Source: Hadesarchaea archaeon
GTDB lineage: Archaea > Hadarchaeota > Hadarchaeia > Hadarchaeales > Hadarchaeaceae
Direction: 5' to 3'
NCBI GenBank assembly: GCA_029259175.1
Contig: JAPDJH010000002.1
Location: 32,001-96,000, forward strand
Length of the DNA: 64,000 nucleotides
Of the stretch, positions 9,729-18,297 are shown piece after piece. The notes below the pieces were generated by a model. That model ran no database searches. It was not told where the DNA came from and saw nothing but the letters and a program-made list of their open reading frames with translations. How positions within the stretch are numbered: the first letter of the stretch is position 1; the number at the start of each line of letters is the position of its first letter. Position numbers and translations under genes: made by a program.

Positions 9729-9939
9729 TTTTTCACCTCTTTAACCCTTAAAACACCGTTTTTTAGCTTTACGGAATAATCCATATTCATCATAGTGTGA
9801 AGTAATCAAGCGTGGGATTTACTGTTGGGGATAGTTAAATCTTGTTCGTCGCCGAGCGTCACCGTTTTCCCACTTCCTCTTTGGTAAGCACATCATTACG
9901 GGAACAACAACGCACTGCGCTACCAGCGGCGGTTTTTAT

Positions 9940-10509
9940 TCACCCCCAACGCCCTCGTCCCCCATGTTTTTCGGAATTCCCCGTTCGGCCGACAAACCGC
10001 GTGTAGAAAAGGTGGAAGAGGAGTCCAATCGCCGCTACGCCCGCGAAGGCGAAGAGTATCCTCACTCCCACCACGTACGCTCCGAAAACCGCCAGCCCGC
10101 AGAAGAGCTGTCCCACTTCCACCGTGGTGGTCGCAACGAGCATTGTTATCAGCGGAAGGAATTTCACCCCTCCGTCTTTGAAACCTCTGATTATCGGGTA
10201 TGACACGACGGGACAGGGGGGCAGAACGGACCCCACAATGCCCGCGTTGACGACCCCGCGCGCTTCGCTTCCTCCTTTTCCGAACCACTTGCCGACCCGT
10301 TGGGGGGTGAGCAGGTTTTTTACAGCCGCTCCGACAAAAATCGCGGCGATGAGGGGCAGCATCAGCTTTTCAATTTCCTTCAGGCTTTGGGTTACTGCGC
10401 GCTGAAAAGCACCGGGATCCAGCAGAGCCATACCTGCGTAAAGAATCACTGCTGCAAAGAGAACGGCGCGCAGCCCCCATGTTTCGCCCAGCGATCTCCA
10501 CGAAATCAT
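9940..10509 (-). CDS. Small DUF318-like permease subunit
   Basis: Hydrophobic; GSVLPPCPVVSYP motif. Confidence 0.65.
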   Translation of the reverse strand: MISWRSLGETWGLRAVLFAAVILYAGMALLDPGAFQRAVTQSLKEIEKLMLPLIAAIFVGAAVKNLLTPQRVGKWFGKGGSEARGVVNAGIVGSVLPPCPVVSYPIIRGFKDGGVKFLPLITMLVATTTVEVGQLFCGLAVFGAYVVGVRILFAFAGVAAIGLLFHLFYTRFVGRTGNSEKHGGRGRWG

Positions 10510-10513
10510 TGGC

Positions 10514-11104
10514 TCACCCCAGCAGGAAGTAGACTAAGAATCCCGCCACGAGGGCTGCGAGGTAGGTGAGGGCGATTCTCAGCGCCATGATTCGGTGGTC
10601 GAAATAAGTCAGATCACAGGACAGGTAGCAGGGAAAAGCCAGGCCAGCTCCGAAGAGCATCCCCATGATTCCCGGGAAACCCGCCCCCGCCGCCCACAGC
10701 CCTGCGATCAGTGGATACGAGACAAACGGACAGGCGGGGAGCACACTCCCTATTCCGACCCCAAGCAATACCGCGATGGGCCCTGCCTGTTCTCCCAGAT
10801 ATCCGGCGAGGATTTCTTTGGGCACGAGAGTCACGGCCGCTCCCGCGATGAAGAGCGCCGCGAGAATGAATGGGAAGAGTTTTTTCAGGGTCGAGAACGA
10901 GTCGCGAATGCTCTTTCTTGCCATGGTGGGGCTAGTCAGGCTCAACAGCAGATAAAGAGAAACGCCGAAAACGATCATGACGTGAATGAGGGGATTCTTT
11001 CCAAACCAGAGGGGCACAGTCCCGCGAAGGGGGCCGAGGAAGGCCCAGCTGCCAATCGCCGTGATCGCGATCACACTCATGGTTGCCGCTCTTTTTCGAT
11101 TCAT
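10514..11104 (-). CDS. Small DUF318-like permease subunit
   Basis: Hydrophobic; GSVLPACPFVSYP motif, paralogous to neighbour. Confidence 0.65.
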   Translation of the reverse strand: MNRKRAATMSVIAITAIGSWAFLGPLRGTVPLWFGKNPLIHVMIVFGVSLYLLLSLTSPTMARKSIRDSFSTLKKLFPFILAALFIAGAAVTLVPKEILAGYLGEQAGPIAVLLGVGIGSVLPACPFVSYPLIAGLWAAGAGFPGIMGMLFGAGLAFPCYLSCDLTYFDHRIMALRIALTYLAALVAGFLVYFLLG

Positions 11105-11215
11105 GCGCTCAGTTTATTGCTGTAAATAGGTTAATTTAAGCATTTTGTTTACTAGAAGCGGTTAACAAAAATCCATATAAAGAAAAGCCGAGTGGAATGA
11201 GGGGGGCGGTTAGAG

Positions 11216-12001
11216 GTGAGTGGAGTCTCGGACGTGTACGCCCGCGTCCGCGAGGAGTTCGAGAAGTTGGTCAGAAATCATCAGATCGGCGGCGAACCGG
11301 TCTACTGCGAGGTGCTGGCCAAGGGATTCGTCGGAAAGGCTCCGGCTAGGGATGACATGGTGTATTTCGAGATGCCGTCCTCCGATTACGCCTTGGTGAG
11401 AGGCAAGGAGGTTCTGTTGAGGTGCAGGTTCAGAGACGCGTGGGGGGATGCTTTCACGGATGAGCCGAAACGATACAGGGGCACGGTAGAGGAGGTGATC
11501 CGCTTACCTTTTACCTCCTCCTCCGCCCGAGCCGTGTTTTTCGCCACGCTCAACGCGGTCTGCAGCTCTCTGGGCTTGGTCAGCGGAGGCGTCCACTGTA
11601 AGGAGGGGGATCCGGAGCGGTGCGGCGAAAAGCTGGTCGAACACCTCCGGGCGCAGTTCGGTAAGGAGGTCACGGTTGCGCACATCGGCTACCAGCCAGG
11701 CCACGTGGGGGCGCTGGGCAAATCTTTCAAAACGCTGGTCACCGATCTGGACCCTGAGAACATCGGAAAAGTGAAGTCGGGCGTTCCCATTCTGGATGGT
11801 GGGGAGAACGAGAGCGTGATCCAGAAAGCAGACGTGGTTTGTATAACAGGGAGCGCTCTGGTGAACGGGACGTTTCCGGAGCTGCTCGAGTGGGCCCGCC
11901 GGTATTCGACCGCGGTGCTGGTGTATGGAGTGTCAGCGATCGGGGCCTGCCGCCTTTTGAACCTCCCTTTTTTCTGTCCTTATGTGCGAAAATCTGCTTA
12001 G
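11216..12001 (+). CDS. DUF364 family protein
   Basis: GKEVLL, GDAFTD, ATLNAV, HC....PERC, TGSALVNGT. Confidence 0.78.
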   Translation: MSGVSDVYARVREEFEKLVRNHQIGGEPVYCEVLAKGFVGKAPARDDMVYFEMPSSDYALVRGKEVLLRCRFRDAWGDAFTDEPKRYRGTVEEVIRLPFTSSSARAVFFATLNAVCSSLGLVSGGVHCKEGDPERCGEKLVEHLRAQFGKEVTVAHIGYQPGHVGALGKSFKTLVTDLDPENIGKVKSGVPILDGGENESVIQKADVVCITGSALVNGTFPELLEWARRYSTAVLVYGVSAIGACRLLNLPFFCPYVRKSA

Positions 12002-12056
12002 CGTTTTCGTTCTGTACAGCTTTAATTCCGCAAGAGAAAACAGAAGTGGTGCGACG

Positions 12057-12470
12057 ATGAGCTCTAGAAGGTCCTATCTCACTCCTCGCCAAATCCAAGT
12101 CCTCGAGCTCAAAATTCGGGGAAACAGCGTGTCACAGATTGCGCGAAAGTTAAGAACTAGCCGGTCCAACGTGAGCCGCCTGCTCAAAACGGCCGAAGAA
12201 AACATAGAGCGTGCGAAGAACACTCTGAAGCTTTTGGAAACTCTCGAGTGGCCGGTAAAGGTGGTGGCTCGAAAGAACGCGAACATCTATGAAGTGGCCG
12301 AACGTGTTTTTAAGTCGGCCGATCAGCGCGGGATAAAAATCGCTCACAACTATGCCGAAGTTGTGCGAATCATAACCGAGTTCTTGGGTCGCAGGGGTTT
12401 GAGGCGGAGGAGGGCTTTGCGTTCGTTCGTTGTCGTGGTCAGCGCGGATGGAAAACTCGAGGTCATTTAG
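12057..12470 (+). CDS. Tfx-family DNA-binding protein
   Basis: LTPRQIQVL, TSRSNVS, AEENIERAKNTL, AD..GIKI. Confidence 0.8.
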   Translation: MSSRRSYLTPRQIQVLELKIRGNSVSQIARKLRTSRSNVSRLLKTAEENIERAKNTLKLLETLEWPVKVVARKNANIYEVAERVFKSADQRGIKIAHNYAEVVRIITEFLGRRGLRRRRALRSFVVVVSADGKLEVI

Positions 12471-12512
12471 AACCTGAAAACTTCTTTACTCGAGCAATTC
12501 CAATATTTCTGG

Positions 12513-13157
12513 ATGCGCACGATTACAGTGTCACAGATGAAAAAAATTGAGCAGCGCGCGGAGCGGATTGGGATTTCGCCTCTGCTTCTAATGGAAAATG
12601 CGGGACGGGCAGTTGCGGAAACCGTGCTGAGTTTTCATCCGAAACGGGCTCTGGTCTTAGCTGGATCGGGAAACAATGGGGGAGATGGGTTTGTTGCCGC
12701 TCGGCATCTGCTCTCAGCTGGTGTGAAGGTTCGTGTTTGGTTACTAGGCTCGTTTTCCAAGCTGCGCACACCGGAGACGCGAATCAACGCCCAAGCGCTT
12801 CGCCGGCTCGATCGAAGCGTGATTTCTTGCTTGCGATCCACCAAGGATTTAACACGGCTCAAGCGCGATTTGTTGACCGCGGATGTCGTGATCGACGCGA
12901 TGTTGGGCACCGGAATCAGGGGAGAGCTGCGAGAACCCTTTTTTACGGTCGTGCAGCTGGTCAACTCTGCACGCAAACCGGTCGTGGCCGTTGACGTGCC
13001 GACGGGGGTTGATCCCACGACCGGAGCGATTGCGGGCGCTGCTGTTCGAGCCACCATAACTGTTAGTTTTCATGCTGTCAAGCGGGGATTGCTGAAGGCC
13101 CGTGAGCACGCTGGAGAAATCCGAGTGGCGAGTATCGGGATTCCACCCAACTTGTGA
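12513..13157 (+). CDS. nnrE: NAD(P)H-hydrate epimerase (stand-alone YjeF_N)
   Basis: LMENAG, GSGNNGGDG, DAMLGTG, AVDVPTG. Confidence 0.92.
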   Translation: MRTITVSQMKKIEQRAERIGISPLLLMENAGRAVAETVLSFHPKRALVLAGSGNNGGDGFVAARHLLSAGVKVRVWLLGSFSKLRTPETRINAQALRRLDRSVISCLRSTKDLTRLKRDLLTADVVIDAMLGTGIRGELREPFFTVVQLVNSARKPVVAVDVPTGVDPTTGAIAGAAVRATITVSFHAVKRGLLKAREHAGEIRVASIGIPPNL

Positions 13158-13158
13158 C

Positions 13159-13851
13159 TCACCACATTCGTTTGATCGCCCACACTGCGAAAAACCCGAC
13201 GAGACCGAAGAGAAATCCTAGTGAGTGGCCCAGCACATCGATTCCCGGCGCCATTCCGAAAAACTCTGCGGGGGCCAGGAGCAACCTGAGGGGGATCACG
13301 ATGATGAAGCTCAGATTGAGCGCTCCACGACCTGCTGCACCCCATGCTCGCACGTTCAAACGATCTGATCTGAGCGATTGGAGCGCGCGGAGAAATCTCT
13401 CCCAGTTGCGTGCCGAGCTCAGAGACGCAACGGAATAGGTGATGCCGAGCACAGCATACACCATCCCTGAGGCACCTCGTGATGTTAGATTTGTGGTTCC
13501 TTTGAGTTCCCACATGATGAGTTCGATGGCATTGGTCAGAAATGCAGCTCCAAAGGCGACTAGAAAGAGCATGAGAGTGATGGTTCGTCGATCTTTAGGG
13601 GGGAGAGAGCTCGTGAAAATAATGAAGAAAGCCATCCATGTGAGGAAGCCGTAGACGTTGTTTAGCAAGTGGTCTGGATTTTCGTGAACGAACACCGAAG
13701 TTATTATTCCCCACGGTCGATCGGCGGAAAGGGAGAGAGCGTCTTTCAGCTCTAGGGCCGAGCACAGGCCGAAACAAAGAAAGTTGAGCCCTAGGAAGAC
13801 CAGCACTAGCAGTAAAAGCGGCTCGTACCCTCGGATCGATTTTGTTTTGAT
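13159..13851 (-). CDS. Rhomboid-family intramembrane serine protease (start uncertain: ATC 13851 or GTG 13806)
   Basis: FVH...HLLNN, GASG catalytic Ser, C-terminal H.LG. Confidence 0.7.
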   Translation of the reverse strand: MKTKSIRGYEPLLLLVLVFLGLNFLCFGLCSALELKDALSLSADRPWGIITSVFVHENPDHLLNNVYGFLTWMAFFIIFTSSLPPKDRRTITLMLFLVAFGAAFLTNAIELIMWELKGTTNLTSRGASGMVYAVLGITYSVASLSSARNWERFLRALQSLRSDRLNVRAWGAAGRGALNLSFIIVIPLRLLLAPAEFFGMAPGIDVLGHSLGFLFGLVGFFAVWAIKRMW

Positions 13852-13863
13852 GGTCTCACCCTT

Positions 13864-14724
13864 TCAAGGTTTTCTCGCAATGATTCCGGCGGCGACTTGT
13901 TTTTTCGTTTCAAATCCGGCTTCTTTTAGTCGTTTGTTTACTCCGGCAACCAATTTTTTCCTTCTCCATTTTCCGGGATCGCCCACATAGTGATAGAGCC
14001 ATCCGCCGGGTTTGAGCACTCGGAAGAGTTCGTCGTAGAACGACTTGGAATAGAGCTCGCCGGCAAGGGCGAAACGCGGGGGGTCGTGCAGGATTCGGTG
14101 GAAGTGGTTTTTGGGCAGCTCTGGCACTAGCGTTGCTGCGTTTTCGAGCCACAGGTGGATGTGAGGGGCGGCAAGTTCGTGTGACCAGGGATTCACCTCA
14201 GCCATCTCGAGCACGTGTGGATCGATCTCCACGGTGGTCACCTCGGCTCCCTGCCGGTACGCGATTATGGATGTGTAGCCTAGCCCGGTTCCTATGTCTA
14301 GGATCCGAGCCCCGTCGAATACGCGAAGTGCACGGACCTTTTCCAGAGCGTCCCGCCAAGGCGTTATGTTTTCGATTCGGTGCATGTGGATGCCCGAGAC
14401 TTCTAGGGTGGGTGCCCGATCCGGTCCCACAGCGAGCAGGCGATAGTAGCGCCCATTCGCGTAAAAAGCCACTTTGAACACGTTTCCTTCTTTTACCATG
14501 CACACATCGCCGGTTTTCATCTTGTCGAGGATCTCTAGTTCCACTATCGAACCATCTGGGAACACAACACCACTTTCGTTCAGTTTCACTTCGCTTTTGG
14601 TCAGCCCCAGATCGAGGCTGATTTTGACGTTTGCTTTCTTCTCTCCCAGTGCTCGCTTGAGGACGTCGACCGTTTCGCGCACGAGCAATATGGCGGCTTT
14701 CGGGCGGAATGTGTAGCGCTTCAT
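13864..14724 (-). CDS. Archaeal SAM-dependent methyltransferase (COG2521-like)
   Basis: PTLEVSGIHMHR, LDIGTGLGY, NPWS, HDPPRF..AGELYS. Confidence 0.85.
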   Translation of the reverse strand: MKRYTFRPKAAILLVRETVDVLKRALGEKKANVKISLDLGLTKSEVKLNESGVVFPDGSIVELEILDKMKTGDVCMVKEGNVFKVAFYANGRYYRLLAVGPDRAPTLEVSGIHMHRIENITPWRDALEKVRALRVFDGARILDIGTGLGYTSIIAYRQGAEVTTVEIDPHVLEMAEVNPWSHELAAPHIHLWLENAATLVPELPKNHFHRILHDPPRFALAGELYSKSFYDELFRVLKPGGWLYHYVGDPGKWRRKKLVAGVNKRLKEAGFETKKQVAAGIIARKP

Positions 14725-15866
14725 GCTGTCCCCACGATTTGGAGTGCCAGTTCTATGGCGCGAGTCGGAGAGGGCACGATCACAGCCCCGCACTCTGCTA
14801 GCTTTTTTTCTTGGCTGGTGCGAGAGGGGGTGTCGCCGTCGGTGCCCAGAACGGTTCCGATAACGCTCAGATATCCACCTGTGTCTTCTACGGTTTGCTT
14901 GGCCTTTCTGATGGCTTCTCCTATTATTGTTGCGGGGTTTGGGTGTCCTCCTCGCCCAAGTTCGAGGTCGAATACGATGACGGCCAATCCCAGGTCGCTC
15001 GATTCTTTTATCATTCTGGATGCCAATGGGGCCGGATCCATCAGCAACTCCTGTTCGCCCGTGAATTCGGCGGCGCTCATGTCGACGAGCGCGTGCCCCC
15101 GACTGGAGTGAGGATCCGCCAACCGGTTGCGTGGTTTCAACGGCACATTGGAGTAGGGCGTTTTTCCACGTTTTTCGAGCACGACTTGAGCTTCAGCACA
15201 GAGAAAGCGTCCCGTGTACAGCCCGCGGATGTGTCGCTGACCATAAGCGAGTTCTGCAGATTCGCGCTCTACGATTTTTTTCGCAGCCGTTTCATTGGGA
15301 AGTTGGTGGTTTAGTGCGGAAGCCATCTTTCCGGCCGTTTCGAGTAGGGTTTGAGAGATTCGCCTTGAGGGGAGGTGATCCGGCATACAAAAGAAGCAAG
15401 GTTTATCTAATGTGTTCACGGCTTCCATGATCTTTCGCTCCACCGTTGTGGCCGGAGTGAGGCCCACCACCCCTATGACCTCGACTTTAGGATCCTCGTT
15501 TAGAAATCGAAGCGCTTGGATGGTGCTGCTCCCCGCAATCCTTTGAGATAGATCGCGGGCCCCCACATAGAGAACATGTCTGATCCCCACCGGGGCCAGC
15601 AGAACAGACAAGCCTCTCAGCCCGGAAGTGGTGGTGCCGACGAGCCCGACCGGACCGGGTGGAAGGGCATTCCAGCTCCCGAACCGGAGATCTCCAACTA
15701 TGGAGAAGGAGCACCTGGGCCCCAGAAGCAGTACTTCGCGTTCACCCGCAAGCCGCTTTATCTCGCTTTCCTCTTCGATGGTTAAATCGCAGCGCAGAAC
15801 CACGTGTTTTTTCGAGTTGATGGCCTCGACCGCTTGCGTGCGGCTGTGTGCTTCCGCAACTTCCAT
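14721..15866 (-). CDS. Divergent FdrA-like (acyl-CoA synthetase fold) protein
   Basis: LLLGP.C, GPVGLVG, VGARDLS, IRGLYTGRFLCAE, SN.P, VLGTDGD. Confidence 0.65.
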   Translation of the reverse strand: MEVAEAHSRTQAVEAINSKKHVVLRCDLTIEEESEIKRLAGEREVLLLGPRCSFSIVGDLRFGSWNALPPGPVGLVGTTTSGLRGLSVLLAPVGIRHVLYVGARDLSQRIAGSSTIQALRFLNEDPKVEVIGVVGLTPATTVERKIMEAVNTLDKPCFFCMPDHLPSRRISQTLLETAGKMASALNHQLPNETAAKKIVERESAELAYGQRHIRGLYTGRFLCAEAQVVLEKRGKTPYSNVPLKPRNRLADPHSSRGHALVDMSAAEFTGEQELLMDPAPLASRMIKESSDLGLAVIVFDLELGRGGHPNPATIIGEAIRKAKQTVEDTGGYLSVIGTVLGTDGDTPSRTSQEKKLAECGAVIVPSPTRAIELALQIVGTA

Positions 15867-15901
15867 CGGATAATTGTCGGTGCGGTGGCTTTTTTTGATT
15901 T

Positions 15902-16204
15902 TAGGAAGGGGATTCTCTTCGAAACCCTTGACTCGCAAATACTTTCGCCGGCCTCTCCCCGAAACGAGCTTAAACGGGAAGGCGGAACCGCTTTACGGAA
16001 TGCCCGGGTCAGTGACTCCAGAGAGCGCTTCCCGCACCGTCCGTGGCGCTCTGCGGGAAGCAGGTCACGCGCGGATCAACAAGCCCGGAAAAGAGGTTCC
16101 CGGAGCAGCGCTCCGGGAACGGGGCCGTGCGGGTTCCGGCCCTGAAGGCGGCCTAGAGCCGCCAACTTCGGAGGTCAAGGCTTCCGAGGAGAACCTAGGA
16201 AGGG
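15902..16204 (+). repeat. Structured ~295-bp non-coding element, copy 1 (MITE-like or ncRNA)
   Basis: Aligns along its whole length to 26917-27216; complementary termini; internal hairpins; TAGGAAGGG direct repeats at 15902-15910 and 16196-16204. Confidence 0.85.
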
Positions 16205-16233
16205 TTTTAGAGTTGCAACGCTAGAAGGAATGG

Positions 16234-16671
16234 ATGACTCGGGCGGAGTACGGGAGCGGCAGAGTGATTCTTGCACGTTTGCCCCACAACGGGGTTATTC
16301 CGGAGGAGATCCAGAGGGCCGCGGAGGACTTCCAGATTCGGATGGGGGTTTTCACTTTGGTGGGGGCTCTGAAGCGGGCAAAGCTCGCGTATTATGACCA
16401 GCGACGCAGGGAATACAAGGTTCTCGAGGTGCTCGGTCCGCACGAGATAGTCAGCTGCGTGGGCAACGTGTCGCTCTACAAGCGGAAGCCCTTCGTGCAC
16501 GCGCATATCGTGCTTGCTGACGAGCACGGAGGCACTAAAGGAGGACATCTGTTGCAGGGGGTTGTTTTCGCCGCCGAGCTTCACTTACACGAGTTGAGTG
16601 GACCGATTCTGGAGCGGAGACCGGATCGGACCACAGGTCTAGCACTCTGGCAGCGCTCAAAACTCTTATGA
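16234..16671 (+). CDS. PPC/DUF296 domain protein
   Basis: VGAL, EIVSCVGNVS, HAHIVL, GGHL. Confidence 0.88.
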   Translation: MTRAEYGSGRVILARLPHNGVIPEEIQRAAEDFQIRMGVFTLVGALKRAKLAYYDQRRREYKVLEVLGPHEIVSCVGNVSLYKRKPFVHAHIVLADEHGGTKGGHLLQGVVFAAELHLHELSGPILERRPDRTTGLALWQRSKLL

Positions 16672-16825
16672 TGGACAATCGCGACCAGCACGGTTCGTCA
16701 AGCGCTGAGATTATCGAGTTCAAATCGAGGTCGAAAAAGGTCTAGTACGGCATGCTTTGAAGCCGAAAACCCTGTACATAGCTTGCACGTCGAGGGGGCC
16801 TGTTGGATTTTTCATGTTTAGTTGG

Positions 16826-16874
16826 TACAACTGGGGAGTTGTATTCCTGCGGGTTATACAACCGGGGAGTTGTA
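16826..16874. repeat. Tandem 18-bp inverted-repeat motif TACAAC-YGGGGA-GTTGTA (x2)
   Basis: Copies at 16826-16843 and 16857-16874, 17/18 identical, intergenic. Confidence 0.7.
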
Positions 16875-17061
16875 AGCCCTTGCATCCTTTGCGCCCGGCT
16901 AGCCAGAATTGAGCATGGTGGTGTGAATCGTGAGCGCGCCAAGCTCGGAACCCGTTCGATGCATCCCGACCTCTTCCGCCACCGAGTGCTCCACCGGGTT
17001 GGAAAAAGCCTCGGAGGGTCAAACCTAAATAACGCCTTTCATATGTTCTCGAGGTGGAAGA

Positions 17062-18297
17062 ATGGCCAGCTTCGACCTGGTGATCAAGAACGCGAGGACG
17101 AGGGCAGATCCTAAGCAAACCGTGGAGATCGCGATAAGCAACGGCAAGATCGCGCGGATTGGACACTCCGTCGGGAAGGGTGACCAGGAAATTGATGCCG
17201 GAGGCGGCTTGGTCACGGAAAGCTTTGTGAACGCTCACCTGCACATGTGCAAAGTGTACACCTTGGAAATGATTGGGGAGGATGCGATGCGGGCATACCA
17301 AGAGGGAGGCATGGACAAAGCGATGATCGCGATTGAGCTGGCCTCCAAGGTCAAGCGCAAGTACAAAGCGGACTGGATTTACGAGAACGCAAAACGCGCT
17401 TTGCTTCTCGGAATCAAACACGGTGTTCTGCACTACCGCGCGTTCGTGGACACCGATACCAAAGGAAAGCTGGAGGGCATCAAAGCTCTGCTCAAGCTAC
17501 GCGATGACTTCCGTGACCTGGTGGACTTGCAGGTGGTGGCGTTTCCCCAAGACGGTGTTGTTCGCGATCCGGGAAGCGAAGCGCTTGTGCGAAAGGCTGT
17601 GGAGCTCGGAGCCGATGTGGTTGGCGGTATCCCTTGGATCGAGTACACCGAGGAAGACGCCCAGCGCCATGTGGATTTGATGTTTGACATCGCGGTGGAG
17701 CACAATCGAGACATTGCCATGCTCACTGATGACGCGGGAGATCCGGGACTGCGCACCACAGAGATGCTCGTGCGCCGAGGCATCAAAGAGGGATGGACTG
17801 GAAGGGTAGAGATCTGCCATGCTCGTGCCATGCAGCTTTATCCCGGCCCGTACTTCGAGAAGCTCGTGGCGCTGCTGAAGCGATGCGACGCGGGAGTCGT
17901 TTCCGATCCGCACACCGGACCGCTCCACGCCCGTGTTTTTGAACTGCTCCAGCACGGCGTGACAGTAGCTCTGGGTCAGGACGACATTGCCGACGCCTAC
18001 TATCCCTACGGCCAGAACTCCATGCTTGAAGTGGCCTTCTTGGCCTCTCACCTGTTGTGGGCGACCACCTTTCACAAAATGGACGTTCTCTACGACATGA
18101 TCACCGTGAATCCAGCCAAAATTTTGAGATTGTCGGCTTACGGGCTCAAAGAGGGTAGCCGTGCTGATCTGGTGGTGCTAGGGGCGCGCTCGGTGTATGA
18201 GGCCCTGACGTACCAAGACCCGCCGCGGTACGTGATACGAGCTGGCAGGGTGATCGCTGAAAACATCGCTGAGACCAAGTACGGGTTCTCCCTTTAG
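17062..18297 (+). CDS. Cytosine/creatinine deaminase-like amidohydrolase
   Basis: AHLH, QVVAFPQDG, GGIP, CHA, GQDDIADAYYPYG. Confidence 0.85.
   Translation: MASFDLVIKNARTRADPKQTVEIAISNGKIARIGHSVGKGDQEIDAGGGLVTESFVNAHLHMCKVYTLEMIGEDAMRAYQEGGMDKAMIAIELASKVKRKYKADWIYENAKRALLLGIKHGVLHYRAFVDTDTKGKLEGIKALLKLRDDFRDLVDLQVVAFPQDGVVRDPGSEALVRKAVELGADVVGGIPWIEYTEEDAQRHVDLMFDIAVEHNRDIAMLTDDAGDPGLRTTEMLVRRGIKEGWTGRVEICHARAMQLYPGPYFEKLVALLKRCDAGVVSDPHTGPLHARVFELLQHGVTVALGQDDIADAYYPYGQNSMLEVAFLASHLLWATTFHKMDVLYDMITVNPAKILRLSAYGLKEGSRADLVVLGARSVYEALTYQDPPRYVIRAGRVIAENIAETKYGFSL

Noticed and set aside
15804-16224. ORFs running through the repeat (also 26984-27223)
   Set aside because: Starts and frames are not maintained between copies, which differ by indels; no recognisable protein motif
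16826-16874. Mini CRISPR array
   Set aside because: Only two 18-bp units with a 13-bp spacer, too short; no leader or cas1
16907-16921. 15-nt match AATTGAGCATGGTGG shared with 29225-29239
   Set aside because: Within chance expectation for this window size
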